The translations under genes were made by a program, and so were the position numbers. 64,000 nucleotides of DNA. It comes from Phycisphaerae bacterium. GTDB taxonomy: Bacteria > Planctomycetota > Phycisphaerae > UBA1845. The notes below the pieces were generated by a model. That model saw only the letters and a program-made list of their open reading frames with translations. It did no database searches and was not told where the DNA came from. The stretch lies in assembly GCA_963666835.2 (NCBI GenBank), contig CAXXGO010000001.1, positions 32,001 through 96,000 on the forward strand, read 5' to 3'. How positions within the stretch are numbered: the stretch's first letter is position 1; each line of letters begins with the position of its first letter. Positions 1 through 10,192 of the stretch are shown here, piece by piece.

Positions 1-477
1 CTGGCGGACCCCGCCGGCGTCGAGGTCGTCCGGGTGGTCAGCGCCGAGGAGATGTTCCTGGCTTCCACGTCCTTGTTCGATAAATGCCAGGCGGCCGTGA
101 TGACGGCGGCCGTCTGCGATTACCGTCCCACGCGGCGGCTCGAGCACAAACTGAAGAAACGCAACGAAGTCCGCCCGATCCAGCTCCAGCCGACCAAGGA
201 CATCTGCGCCCATCTGGGCCGGATCAAAGGAGATCGGGTCGTCGTGGGTTTCGCGATGGAGGACCACGACCATCATTCACACGCCGCGGATAAGCTCGCC
301 CGCAAGTGCTGCGATGCCATCGTACTCAACGGTATAAGCAACGTGGCCGGGGACGACGCTGAGATTGAGATCCTCCGAGCCGATTCCGGCTGGTCACCGC
401 CCAAGGCCGGGTCGAAGGAGACCCTGGCCGGGACGATAGTGGATCTGGTCGAGAGCTTAGCCGGGCATCAACCGTAG
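1..477 (+). CDS. coaBC: Phosphopantothenoylcysteine decarboxylase/synthase, C-terminal (CoaB) part; 5' truncated by window
   Basis: Open frame from base 1; motifs AAVCDYRP, K(L)KK, VVGFAME, KLARKCCDAIVLN, GSKETLA typical of the DFP/CoaB domain. Confidence 0.93.
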   Translation: MADPAGVEVVRVVSAEEMFLASTSLFDKCQAAVMTAAVCDYRPTRRLEHKLKKRNEVRPIQLQPTKDICAHLGRIKGDRVVVGFAMEDHDHHSHAADKLARKCCDAIVLNGISNVAGDDAEIEILRADSGWSPPKAGSKETLAGTIVDLVESLAGHQP

Positions 478-483
478 ATTCCC

Positions 484-633
484 GTAGGTCGGGCTCATCC
501 CGACGTTCTGCCGCCAGATGCGCGACTCGCGGTGCCCTCACCCATCGAACGTGATTCGGCATACAAGAAGCGTGCTCCACCTGTAAAGGCAAACCAACCC
601 CGGGAGGTGTCGGGCTCATCCCGACGTTCTGCC
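484..633. repeat. Two direct copies of a REP-like palindrome GTCGGG-CTCAT-CCCGACGTTCTGCC
   Basis: Identical 25-mers at 488-512 and 609-633; the first is preceded by GTAG, as in GTAG-family REPs. Confidence 0.75.
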
Positions 634-1237
634 TGTAGATTTCAGGGCATGCCAACAACGCCGATTGGACGAAACCCGAGCAACGACAGTGTAAAGGGAG
701 GGTTGCGCGTGGACTGTTGGTGATGGTCGTGGCCTCGTTCGGCCTCTTGAGGCGGTTTGTCGGCAAGTGTCTGTACGCCTTGGGGACACTTGGTGTCGAG
801 TTGTCGTAGGTCTGGGTGAAATGGCGTAAGTGGGTTGTTTTTTACATAGTGGTGCGGTTGGCTTGGCATGTGGCGGTGTTACACGAGTTGGCGCTCTTTC
901 GGGTTATTCCCGGTGTCGTGGGTTGTTTTCCGCGTTCTTTCGAACGGCAGTCTCTTGCCGCTACGGCCGCTGCCTGTGAGAACAATCGGTAAAGGCTGTT
1001 AACGTACGTGTCGATAATAGCTTAGGCGCCTTATGGAAGATTGGCATGGTGAACTGGGCGTCATGGGTTGTGCTGTGCTGGGATTATAGTGTTCGTTTCT
1101 TGAATCAAATGCTCAAGATGTAACGGAGCATGGACCGATGAGCAGTGAACATTATCGATCGCGCGCGAGGCGTGTTTGGCGGTCTTGCGTGGTTCGCTGA
1201 TGGAGCTGTTGTGGGTGGAAATGTTTTGGATTCGATA

Positions 1238-1265
1238 TTGACTTGCCAAGGTCGAAACCTACAAT
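1238..1265 (+). promoter_or_regulatory. Putative sigma70 promoter upstream of the S-layer-like gene
   Basis: TTGACT (1238-1243) - 16 nt - TACAAT (1260-1265). Confidence 0.45.
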
Positions 1266-1651
1266 TCGCCCGCTGTAGACTTGGCTTTCCGTGCCCCGCC
1301 CGTTTAAGGTGGTGCGCGGGTCTTCCGACGCAGATGGAGGCGGCCGTTTCTGTTGTGGCGCGTTGGCGGAACGGTGTTGCCCCCAATTCAAAGGGCGTTG
1401 GTGAGTTCGGGTTTGACAGTCAGTGGGCCGTTTAGAAGGCGGCGTATAATTGGCGGAAGGAACGTTGGCTCTGGGACGGTTTGGGGCGTTTGCCCTCCGG
1501 CTCGTGATTTTCTGCGAGCATGCGGGCAAGTGTCACTCCGTTTCGGAGTGTGACAAGTATTAGGCAGTTTTCTGCGTAACGGTATTTTGGACGAAACGAT
1601 GAGCGTGTGTGACGGAGCACGCCACAGTCTCTTATCTGGAGGTTCACGAGA

Positions 1652-4585
1652 ATGTTAGGTATCAAGTTTGGTACGCTGTATCGCCTGGGAGCGCTCTGTG
1701 GCGCGTTCGCCATGCTCGTACTCGTAGCGGGGTGTCCGGGAGTGCAGCCGGTGGTATGCACAACCGACGCGGACTGCGATGACGCGGTCTTCTGCAACGG
1801 GGCCGAGACGTGCGGTGAGGACGGGGCTTGTGTGGCCGGGGAAGCGCCCTGCACCGCCGAGTACTGCGATGAAGAGAATGACGTCTGCTATGAGTGCATC
1901 GCTGACGCCGACTGCGACGACGGCGATCTCTGCACGGATGACACGTGCGTAGACAACGTTTGCGATTACGCAGACGTAGACTGCGGCGACAACTTCTGTG
2001 ATCCGGCCGACGGCGAGTGCGTCGAGTGTCTGGCCGACACGGATTGCGATGATGGAGATGCCTGCACCGATGACGCCTGCACCGACGGTGTGTGTGAGAA
2101 CACGGATGTCGAGTGCGAAGAGGGCGAGATCTGCGTCGAGGGTGTTTGCGAGCTCGCCTGCACCGAGGATGCGGACTGCGACGACGAGGATGCCTGCACG
2201 ACCGACACCTGCACGGACGGGATCTGCGTTTACGAGGACGTTACGTGTGATGACGAGGATCTGTGCACGACCGATACCTGCGATCCGGATACCGGTTGCG
2301 TATACGCGGACGTCGAGTGCGAGGACGGCTACGAGTGTGACGCGGAGACCGGTGAGTGCGTCGAGATCGAGGAGATCGCCTGCGAAGAGGACGCCGATTG
2401 CGACGACGAAGTCGACTGCACCGACGACACCTGTGGTGAGGACGGCTTCTGCGATTTCACCGACAACTGTGCCGAGGGCACGCTGTGCGATGAGGATAGC
2501 GGTGAGTGCGTCGAGTGTCTGACTGACGACGACTGCACCGTCGAAGGCGAAGTCTGCGACGAGAACAACGAGTGCAACGATCCGACCTGCGAGACCGAGA
2601 GTGTAGATCTCACGCTGAATCGCGATGAGCTCACCACCGGCTGCGGTGACGACATCTTCAACGCCTATGTTGAGTTCAACACCGGCGCGTTCGTGGCGAC
2701 TCTGCAGTCGCAGGATTCGCTTGACGGCGGCACCGGCGACGACATTCTCAATGTCGAGTTCGAGCACTCCGCGGTCAAGACCGTAACGCCGACCGTCACG
2801 GACATCGAGACGATCAGCATTACGGATACCGGTACTGCGGTCACCACCCTGGCCGGTACGAACTTCTCCGGCGTGACCACGATCAACAGCGTTAACAGTT
2901 CGTCGAACGTCACCATCACGGCGATGCCGATGTTGGTGGATTGCGGCCTGCAGGGGACGACCGGGGACTTGCTGTTCACCTTCGATACCGCCGCCACGAC
3001 CGGCTCGGTCGATGCGATGGCCGTTACGGTCAGCGGAGCGAAGGCGGGCACCACGCTGGGTATCACCACCGGTGCGGCCAATGGTATCGAGTCGATGTCG
3101 ATTGATTCGACGGGCTCGGCGAGTGTTATTGATGCCATCACGATGACGACCGGAACCACCTGGACGTCTCTGACGGTGACCGGTGACCAGAACCTGACGA
3201 TCACCGCGGATCTGCCTGATCAGGTCACGACGATCGACGGAAGTGCGATGACGGCCGGAAACCTGAAGGTCGGAACCGGTAACGGCGTTATGGCGGTGAC
3301 CGGTGGTGCCGGCGATGACCAGTTCACCTTCAGCACCGGCGAGTTCCTGATCACGCCGACCGCCACCCGCGATACCGTCAACGGTGGCGAAGGTACTGAC
3401 ACGTTGCGTCTGGCCACGGCCGATGCGGACAATGCCACGGTAACCGTTCCGGGTACCAACGTCGCCACGAGCATCGAGGCGCTGCGGATCACGGATGCGG
3501 TAGCCGGTGCGATCAACACCACCTGGTGGGGCACGATCGGTACGTTCACCACCGAGGACGGCTTCGGCAACAACACCAGCCTGACGGTCGCCAGCGGCAC
3601 GAACGTCGTCTGCGAGGACGGTACCGACAGTACCGCCAACGCCCGGTCGTTCATCGTCTCGGGCAGCGGAACCACGGATACGATGACGCTGACCCTGGCC
3701 GACCACGACTTCGGGGCGGCGGCGTTGACCTTCACGGGTGTTGAGACGCTCAACTTGGTGTCGAACCTGAACATCTCGGGTGCGGCGGCCGACGGTGGCG
3801 GTATCAACGTGATCGGCGGGGCGCTGACCATGACGAACACCGCCGCGGTCGAGACCGTCGTTGTCACCGGTACCGAGGCTCTCACGATCACCGGCGCGGT
3901 TACGGCCGACAAGATCGATGCGTCGGACTTCACGCATAACCTGACGATGACGCTGACTGCTCCGATGGTGGCGAGTGGTAGCGGAAGCATCGTCGGTGGT
4001 AGCGGCGACGACACCCTGGTAGGTTCCGGCAATGCCGACACCATCACCGGTGGCGACGGTGGCGACGTGCTCAGTGGTGGCGAGGGTAATGACATCCTGA
4101 CCGGTGAGGGTGGCCAGGACTACTTCCACTTCCTGGATACGACGGACAACATCGTGTATGCCGGTGGTACGAACACGATCACCGACTTCACGGCCGGTAC
4201 GGATTACCTGCGGTTCGACAAGAGTAACTACTTCTCCTCGGCCACTGGCGGTGGCGTTGCGGTTACCAGCACGAACTACTATGAGGGTGCTCCGGCCAGC
4301 CTGGGTGCGACGACGTACGAGGTAGTGGTGGTTACGAGTGCGTCGTACGCGACGGCGGGAGCGGCCGAGGACGCGGTTGTCGCGGGCTCGACCTCCGGCA
4401 ATGACGCGGTCGTGATCTACTACGATTCGACGCAGGGTTATGCTCGGATGTACTTTACGACGACGCTGGGTACCGATGTGAATATTGATGGAAACACCGA
4501 CCAGATCATGGCGAACTTCACCAATATCACGACGTTGGCTGCGCTGTCGAACTTCGCGTACACCGACTTCTACGTTGCTGACTAA
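1652..4585 (+). CDS. Secreted lipoprotein: N-terminal Cys/Asp-rich repeats fused to an RsaA/S-layer-like beta-rich region with RTX-type Ca-binding nonapeptides
   Basis: GGAGG RBS; signal peptide with lipobox LVAG-C; about 280 aa of CxxDADCDDGDxCTxDxC repeats; then T/A/G-rich region with DSLDGGTGDDIL, GGSGDDTLVG, GGDGGDVLSGGEGNDILTGEGGQD and a TITDF motif. Confidence 0.8.
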   Translation: MLGIKFGTLYRLGALCGAFAMLVLVAGCPGVQPVVCTTDADCDDAVFCNGAETCGEDGACVAGEAPCTAEYCDEENDVCYECIADADCDDGDLCTDDTCVDNVCDYADVDCGDNFCDPADGECVECLADTDCDDGDACTDDACTDGVCENTDVECEEGEICVEGVCELACTEDADCDDEDACTTDTCTDGICVYEDVTCDDEDLCTTDTCDPDTGCVYADVECEDGYECDAETGECVEIEEIACEEDADCDDEVDCTDDTCGEDGFCDFTDNCAEGTLCDEDSGECVECLTDDDCTVEGEVCDENNECNDPTCETESVDLTLNRDELTTGCGDDIFNAYVEFNTGAFVATLQSQDSLDGGTGDDILNVEFEHSAVKTVTPTVTDIETISITDTGTAVTTLAGTNFSGVTTINSVNSSSNVTITAMPMLVDCGLQGTTGDLLFTFDTAATTGSVDAMAVTVSGAKAGTTLGITTGAANGIESMSIDSTGSASVIDAITMTTGTTWTSLTVTGDQNLTITADLPDQVTTIDGSAMTAGNLKVGTGNGVMAVTGGAGDDQFTFSTGEFLITPTATRDTVNGGEGTDTLRLATADADNATVTVPGTNVATSIEALRITDAVAGAINTTWWGTIGTFTTEDGFGNNTSLTVASGTNVVCEDGTDSTANARSFIVSGSGTTDTMTLTLADHDFGAAALTFTGVETLNLVSNLNISGAAADGGGINVIGGALTMTNTAAVETVVVTGTEALTITGAVTADKIDASDFTHNLTMTLTAPMVASGSGSIVGGSGDDTLVGSGNADTITGGDGGDVLSGGEGNDILTGEGGQDYFHFLDTTDNIVYAGGTNTITDFTAGTDYLRFDKSNYFSSATGGGVAVTSTNYYEGAPASLGATTYEVVVVTSASYATAGAAEDAVVAGSTSGNDAVVIYYDSTQGYARMYFTTTLGTDVNIDGNTDQIMANFTNITTLAALSNFAYTDFYVAD

Positions 4586-4644
4586 ACTCGGATAAGAACG
4601 GCTCGCTAAGTGCGGGTCAGGCTCATCTGAACGGCAGTACGAAA

Positions 4645-4689
4645 CACGGAGCTCGGCGGGAACAACCTCGCCGGGCTCCGTGCCTTTTT
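4645..4689 (+). terminator. Rho-independent terminator
   Basis: Stem CACGGAGCTCGGCGGG / CCTCGCCGGGCTCCGTG followed by a T run, 60 nt after the stop codon. Confidence 0.7.
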
Positions 4690-4774
4690 ACGGGCTCGTC
4701 GTTTTTCGGGCTCTCGTCCGCGCTTTTGGCCGCGAGTCTCTCTAGGGCCCTCATCCGCCCCCACCCACGCCCTC

Positions 4775-4862
4775 GTAGGGCAGCGTCGAGGTACGAGACC
4801 TGCCGTAACTGCTGCGCGACGCGCGCCTTCGAGGCAGGTCTCGTACCTCGACCGTGCCCTAC
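4775..4862. repeat. Inverted pair (REPIN-like) of the 29-bp REP family GTAGGGCACGGTCGAGGTACGAGACCTGC
   Basis: Copies at 4775-4803 (+) and 4834-4862 (-); the same family recurs 13 more times in the window. Confidence 0.85.
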
Positions 4863-5574
4863 TTGGCCTTGGGAATGCGAGTCTCCTTACAATCCCAATC
4901 CGTTTCCCACCGATTCCGGCGACGAGTCGATGCGGCTGTTCCAGCTCGCCAAACGCCGGTATGGGGCACCCGCGCGGATGTCTTTCGGGTTTTCGTCCGT
5001 CCCCCACCCATTCCGGCGGTGAGTCGTCGCGGCTGTTCCGACGCGGCAGACGCCGGCACGCGCGCTGGAACGGGGTACTCGCGCGGGTGGTCCCCGGCGA
5101 TACCAGCATTGGGGCGAAGCGGGTCAGGCCCGATAACCTCTCCGCCAGTATTGGTAACCTGCTCGGGGTTAAGCACTTGGGGAATGGTAGTTCGTGGCGG
5201 GAGACCGCAGCCCGCTTTTCTCCGCATTGCAGGCCTTGAAAAATCGTGCAAGTGAGCTCATCCTTAGGTGGCGCCGCAACAAGTATGTAACCGACATGTC
5301 ACAGAAGGCCGGGCGTTCCCGGCGCGGCGCGTAGGATGCAATCAGGCGGATCGCCTTGGTGTAGAAGAGAGGTGGACCGGGTCGGTTGTGCGCCGATGTC
5401 GCAGTCGATTCGCCTCCAGCGCTGATGGACGTAAGTCGGCTGCTGCGAAGCAGTTACGATCCGGTGGCCGGGTTTGCGTCCGTTGTGGTTCAGGTTGCCG
5501 GGGCGATGGTACGGCTTGCGCGGCGGGTGGTTGGACGACCGTGCGATAACCGGTGGTTTGAGTGAGGCGGTTTG

Positions 5575-6774
5575 ATGCCGAGTTTCACGTATAGAGCGGT
5601 CAATGAGGGCGGTGAGCAGGTCGCCGGGGTTCTGACGGCCGAGAACTACCAAGTAGCGCTGCGGATGTTGGATGAGCAGGCGCTCTACCCGGTAAACGTG
5701 TCCGAGGGCGTGGGGCAGATCGATACCCCGTTCTCAAGGGGCCGCAAGGTCAAGGCGCACCACCTTACGACGTTCTACACGCAGCTTGCGGATCTTCTCA
5801 AAGCTGGCGTTCCCATGCTGCGATCGCTCGACGTCCTCTCGCGGCAGGCGTCGCAGGGGACGTTGGGCCAGTTGATAAGAGAATTACGCGAGGACGTGGC
5901 CGGTGGTACTTCGCTGGGCGATGCGATGGGGAAGCACCCGTACGCGTTCTCGCCGCTGCACGCTTCGATGGTCCGGGCGGGGGAACAGGGTGGCTTTTTG
6001 GAGGACGTACTGGCCCGGATCGCGATTTTCTCGGAGAAGCAGGACGAGCTGCGCAACAAGGTCGTCGGCTCGATGATCTACCCGGTGATTTTGGTGTTGG
6101 CCGGGTCGCTCGTGATGTCGCTGGTGATGTTCGTGGTGGTCCCGAAGATCCGTCCGTATTTGCGGGAAGAGACCTTCAACCCCATGACGGTGGCGGTCTT
6201 TTGGGTGTGTGATCTGCTCAAGGACCACTACCTGGTGGTCATAGGCGCATTCGTCGGGGTCTTGCTGGCCTTGTCGACTTTTGCCAGGACGGAATACGGC
6301 AAGGCGTTGTTCGAGCGGGTTAAACTGCGGGCGCCGATCATGGGGAACATCCTCACGATGGTGGCGATTTGCCGGTTCTGCCGTATTCTTGGCACTATGT
6401 TGCACAATGGGGTGCCGATCCTGCAGGCTCTGAAGATCTCGAAGGACTCGGCCGGAAACGAGATTCTGGCCAAAGTGATCGAAGAGGCCGGCGACAGCGT
6501 GAAGAAGGGCGCTGCGCTCTCGGATCCGCTGGGAAAGAGTGGACTCTTTCCCCCAACGGTGGTGGACATGATCGCCGTGGCGGAGGAGAGCAACAATCTG
6601 GAGACCGTGCTGGTTCAGATTGCCGAAACTAACGAAGTGCGCACGGCGCGGCAGATCGATTTGGGGGTGCGAATCCTCGAGCCGGTTCTGCTGGTGATTA
6701 TGGCGTCGCTGGTGTTCTGCGTGCTCGTGGCGATTCTGTTGCCGATTCTGACGATGGGTTCGGCGGCGATGTAG
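5575..6774 (+). CDS. gspF: Type II secretion/T4P inner-membrane platform protein GspF/PilC
   Basis: MPSFTYRA start, FYTQLADLLKAGVPML, MVRAGEQGG, SMIYP, FCRILGTMLHNGVPIL, MIAVAEES, LEP motifs. Confidence 0.95.
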   Translation: MPSFTYRAVNEGGEQVAGVLTAENYQVALRMLDEQALYPVNVSEGVGQIDTPFSRGRKVKAHHLTTFYTQLADLLKAGVPMLRSLDVLSRQASQGTLGQLIRELREDVAGGTSLGDAMGKHPYAFSPLHASMVRAGEQGGFLEDVLARIAIFSEKQDELRNKVVGSMIYPVILVLAGSLVMSLVMFVVVPKIRPYLREETFNPMTVAVFWVCDLLKDHYLVVIGAFVGVLLALSTFARTEYGKALFERVKLRAPIMGNILTMVAICRFCRILGTMLHNGVPILQALKISKDSAGNEILAKVIEEAGDSVKKGAALSDPLGKSGLFPPTVVDMIAVAEESNNLETVLVQIAETNEVRTARQIDLGVRILEPVLLVIMASLVFCVLVAILLPILTMGSAAM

Positions 6775-6968
6775 GCGTTGTAGGGCGGCGCTTGCGGGCC
6801 GGTCTGCATGAGAGGTTGATTCCCCCGGAGGCGGGCGGGACTGCTTTCGGGATGACATAAGAACCCGGACGTCGGGCGAAGGTCAAGGTGCCGACCGGCG
6901 AAAGGAATGAGGCCGTATCGCGGTGGTTAAGTCTGCGAAACGGCAATGGACTACGAAGGAGAGATGTG

Positions 6969-7430
6969 ATGCGGCGTACGAAGAGACGGAACCGGTCGGC
7001 GTTTACCCTGATCGAGGTGCTGTTGGTCGCGGGGATTCTCGCGCTGTTGGCGGCGTTTGCGATTCCGCGGTTGTTCAGCCAGGCGGAAGAGGCTCGGATC
7101 AAGCTGGCCCAGGCGGCGGTGGGGCGAAACGGTCCGATTGGTAAGGCCCTGGGCAGTTACAAGTGGCACATGGGGGCGTATCCGGACACCGACGAGGGGC
7201 TCGCGGCGCTGTTTCAGGCGAAGGACAGCGTCGATGACGAGCGGTACAAGGGCCCCTATCTCGAGGGGACGTTTGAGGAACTGACTGATCCGTGGGGTAA
7301 GCCCTTCGAGTATCGCAGCCCGGGCGAGGTCAACGAGGACGGATTCGACCTGTGGAGCATCGGTCCCGACGGCAACGACGACAGCGGCAAAGAAGGCAGC
7401 GACGACATCAAGAACTGGGTAGAGAAGTAA
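6969..7430 (+). CDS. gspG: Type II secretion major pseudopilin GspG
   Basis: A|FTLIE prepilin motif; YP..EGL.AL, GPYL, DPWG..FEYRSPG, FDLWSIGPDG, DDIKNW; AAGGAG RBS before ATG 6969. Confidence 0.95.
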   Translation: MRRTKRRNRSAFTLIEVLLVAGILALLAAFAIPRLFSQAEEARIKLAQAAVGRNGPIGKALGSYKWHMGAYPDTDEGLAALFQAKDSVDDERYKGPYLEGTFEELTDPWGKPFEYRSPGEVNEDGFDLWSIGPDGNDDSGKEGSDDIKNWVEK

Positions 7431-7488
7431 GCTCGACTCGTTACGTTCGGATCGTCTGAAGAGGGGGGCGGCTCCGACGCGCAATATC

Positions 7489-8442
7489 ATGAGGCATACT
7501 AGTGCCATTTCCAGTGAGGTTGGTCTGGGTTTTCCCCCCTTAGCAAGGGGGGATCGAGGGGGGTGTATTCGGACGGAGAAGAACCTCCCCCGGCCTCTCG
7601 TTATCACGGGGGGGGCAGGCTGGAAGCCTGCGTTACGGCGGGGCACTGCTTCCTCTCCTGGGAAGGAGGGGAGAAGAAGCGGCCACCTTTCTGGAAACGG
7701 CATCAGATCCAGCCGCGCGTTCACATTGATGGAGATTGTCCTGGTAGTCGGCATTCTGGTGGCCATCACTGCGATGGCGATTCCGACTTTCGTAAACGAA
7801 ATTCAACGAAACGAGTTGGAAGGCTCGGCTCGGCAGATGCGTTCTCTGCTTACGATGGTGGGCGCTAACGCTGCGCTGGACGGCGTGCGGTATCGGGTGC
7901 GGTTCCCTCAGGAGGACGAGGAGGACCCGCTGGGCGGTGATACTCAGCCGTTGATCGAGCGCGAAGACTTTCCGATTGAAGAGCCGGAGGAGTTCTATCT
8001 GGTTACGGCGCCGTGGGCGATTGGCAACACCTTGTTGGGGAACGTGTGGTGTGCCGAGGTGCGTCTGGGGCGTCCGACGGTGGACTCATTGCGGCGGACG
8101 CGCAGCGAGGTCGAAGACACTATCGAGGAGGCGTTCGAGGATTTCGAGCCGGAACGCCCTCCGCTTCTGTTTGATCCGGATTCCACGTGTGAGTGGGCCA
8201 CTTTCGTTCTGACCGATGCTCCGCGGGACATCAACCTCGACGATTTGGAGGACTACCCGTGCATCGAGGTGATCCTCGAAGGCAGTACCGGGCTCTCCTG
8301 GCTGCAGCGCCCGCTTTATGAAGAGGAATTGGATCTGTTCGAAGAGAAGAACTGGCCGGTCGTGCTCCGGCAGGACCTGCTCAGCTTACGCGAGCTAACC
8401 GAAGACGATGTACTGGAACTTCGCGAGGCGTTGCTCGACTGA
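7489..8442 (+). CDS. Minor pseudopilin (GspH-like) with an unusually long, repeat-derived leader
   Basis: A|FTLMEIVLVVGIL prepilin motif starting at residue 78; follows gspG; TGATG coupling to the next gene; start codon uncertain. Confidence 0.8.
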   Translation: MRHTSAISSEVGLGFPPLARGDRGGCIRTEKNLPRPLVITGGAGWKPALRRGTASSPGKEGRRSGHLSGNGIRSSRAFTLMEIVLVVGILVAITAMAIPTFVNEIQRNELEGSARQMRSLLTMVGANAALDGVRYRVRFPQEDEEDPLGGDTQPLIEREDFPIEEPEEFYLVTAPWAIGNTLLGNVWCAEVRLGRPTVDSLRRTRSEVEDTIEEAFEDFEPERPPLLFDPDSTCEWATFVLTDAPRDINLDDLEDYPCIEVILEGSTGLSWLQRPLYEEELDLFEEKNWPVVLRQDLLSLRELTEDDVLELREALLD

Positions 8443-9224
8443 TGAACGGTAGACGCTCAGGTTATTCCAGTAAGCGCATCAGCGCCGCGGTTCGCGGCAA
8501 CCGGTGGATGAGGCTCCGGCCGGGCTGGGTCCTGCTCGAGACGGTCATGGCAACCGGTCTGTTGATTCTCGGGCTCGCGGTGATCGGAGCGCAGGTGCAG
8601 GACGCCGATGCCTCGATCCGCCGGATGGAGCTGGAACTATGTGCCATGCGTCTGGCAGAGATGAAAATGGCGGAGCTGGACCTGGGGCTCGTGGAGCTGG
8701 ACAGCGTCGACGAGGAGCAGGAAGAGGAATTCGGCCCGCGCTTCCCCGACTTCGGCTGGCGGCTCATTACCGAAGAGACCGGCCTGGACGAGATGTACCT
8801 TCTGACGCTCGAGATTCTATACCTGCCTCAGTCATCGGCGGATTTCGGGGAGTATGAAGAGGGCGACTTCGACCACGACCTCGCGGAGAACATCTTCACG
8901 ATTCGGGCAATGCGGGCCACGCCGCGCCCGCTCAACCTCGAAGAGGAGTTCGGACTCGACGAGGACGAGTTCATTGAGATCAGCGACAAGTTGGCCGACT
9001 TGGGGATCCCCGGCCTCGACAACGCATCGGCCCTGAACCTGACTTTCCTGGCCCAGAGTGATCTGGAGGACGTGCTGGCGGCGCTGCCGATTCTCGAGGA
9101 GGTCTTTGGGATCGACCTGCAGAGCATGGCCGCGCTGCTACCGCCGGGGTTGCTGGAAACGCTCGAGGAAAGCGGAGTGCTCGAAGGTGAGGAGGGGGAG
9201 GAAGGCGCCGGTGAAGGCTCATGA
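8442..9224 (+). CDS. Minor pseudopilin (GspI-like)
   Basis: G|WVLLETVMA prepilin motif, A.RLAE.KMAEL and F.WR motifs; operon position. Confidence 0.75.
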   Translation: MNGRRSGYSSKRISAAVRGNRWMRLRPGWVLLETVMATGLLILGLAVIGAQVQDADASIRRMELELCAMRLAEMKMAELDLGLVELDSVDEEQEEEFGPRFPDFGWRLITEETGLDEMYLLTLEILYLPQSSADFGEYEEGDFDHDLAENIFTIRAMRATPRPLNLEEEFGLDEDEFIEISDKLADLGIPGLDNASALNLTFLAQSDLEDVLAALPILEEVFGIDLQSMAALLPPGLLETLEESGVLEGEEGEEGAGEGS

Positions 9225-10192
9225 CCGGGCGTTGGTACATTGAACGCCGCCGCCGCGGCCTGACGTTGCTGGAAGTCGTGCTGGCGATGAGTTTGCTCGT
9301 CGTGCTGTCTACGATGACGTACTGGTTTTACTCCTCGTCGCTGGAGACGCGTGAGCGCGGGATGAAGGCGGCGCAGCGTCAGCGGTTGGTCCGGGTGATT
9401 CTGGACCGAATCGCGGCGGAGATTCGCCAGGCGAGTGCCATCGGTATTGGACAGCGCGCGGGGATTCGCGGCGAAGCCGAACGAATCTGGCTGACGACCA
9501 TGCGGGTGCCGAGCAAGGAGCTATCGAAGGAACGCCGCTCGCGGGAAGAGCCGCCGCCCGGCGAGTACGACCTGGCCAAGGTGGCCTACCACATCGTTCG
9601 CCATCCGGACATCCAGGACGAGGACGGTTACGACAAGCCGCTGGGGCTGGCGCGGGTGGAGATTACCGTTCCGCGTCCCGACAGCGCCGAGACGGGCGAA
9701 GCGTTCGAGGGGGAGTCGGGCCAAACGACGGATGGAGAAGAGTCGTCTTGGGATGCGTTCGAGGAAGCGCTGCTGACCGACGACGAGAGCGGCGGTATCG
9801 AGGCGGTGGAAGACATCAACTGGCAGGAGCTGTACTCGACGGATGTTCGTTATCTGCGGTTCTGCTACTTCGACGGCAATACCTGGTGGGACGAATGGGA
9901 TGTCCCCGGGGAGAACGCTCTTCCGCAGATGGTAATGGTGACGTTGGGGTTCTCGGGTCAGCCGCCCTGTGGTGAGGAGTTCGGACAGACGCCCAACGAG
10001 GAGTTCTGTGAGTGCCTCAACCGTGACCCGATGGACTGTGAACGGCTGCCGTTGGATCAGTACACCCGGGTCGTGCGGGTGACCCAGGCGGACCCGCTGT
10101 TTCGGTCGCGGGTTACGCGTGAGGGGCAGGAGCTTGCCCAGACGCTGGGGGCGTCTTCTGGGAAAACCGAGGGCGAAGAGGAGGGCGATTGA
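9221..10192 (+). CDS. Minor pseudopilin (GspJ-like)
   Basis: G|LTLLEVVLAMSLL prepilin motif; LRFCYFDGNTWWDEWD...LPQMVMVTL C-terminal GspJ-type motif; ATGA overlap. Confidence 0.8.
   Translation: MTGRWYIERRRRGLTLLEVVLAMSLLVVLSTMTYWFYSSSLETRERGMKAAQRQRLVRVILDRIAAEIRQASAIGIGQRAGIRGEAERIWLTTMRVPSKELSKERRSREEPPPGEYDLAKVAYHIVRHPDIQDEDGYDKPLGLARVEITVPRPDSAETGEAFEGESGQTTDGEESSWDAFEEALLTDDESGGIEAVEDINWQELYSTDVRYLRFCYFDGNTWWDEWDVPGENALPQMVMVTLGFSGQPPCGEEFGQTPNEEFCECLNRDPMDCERLPLDQYTRVVRVTQADPLFRSRVTREGQELAQTLGASSGKTEGEEEGD

Noticed and set aside
1413..1450. Perfect TTGACA and TATAAT hexamers
   Set aside because: The 26-nt spacing is incompatible with a single sigma70 promoter
1655..4129. Long antisense ORFs (e.g. 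1655-4129, 21484-23019, 26457-27887, 54834-56459)
   Set aside because: Shadow frames of GC-rich genes with strong codon bias on the opposite strand
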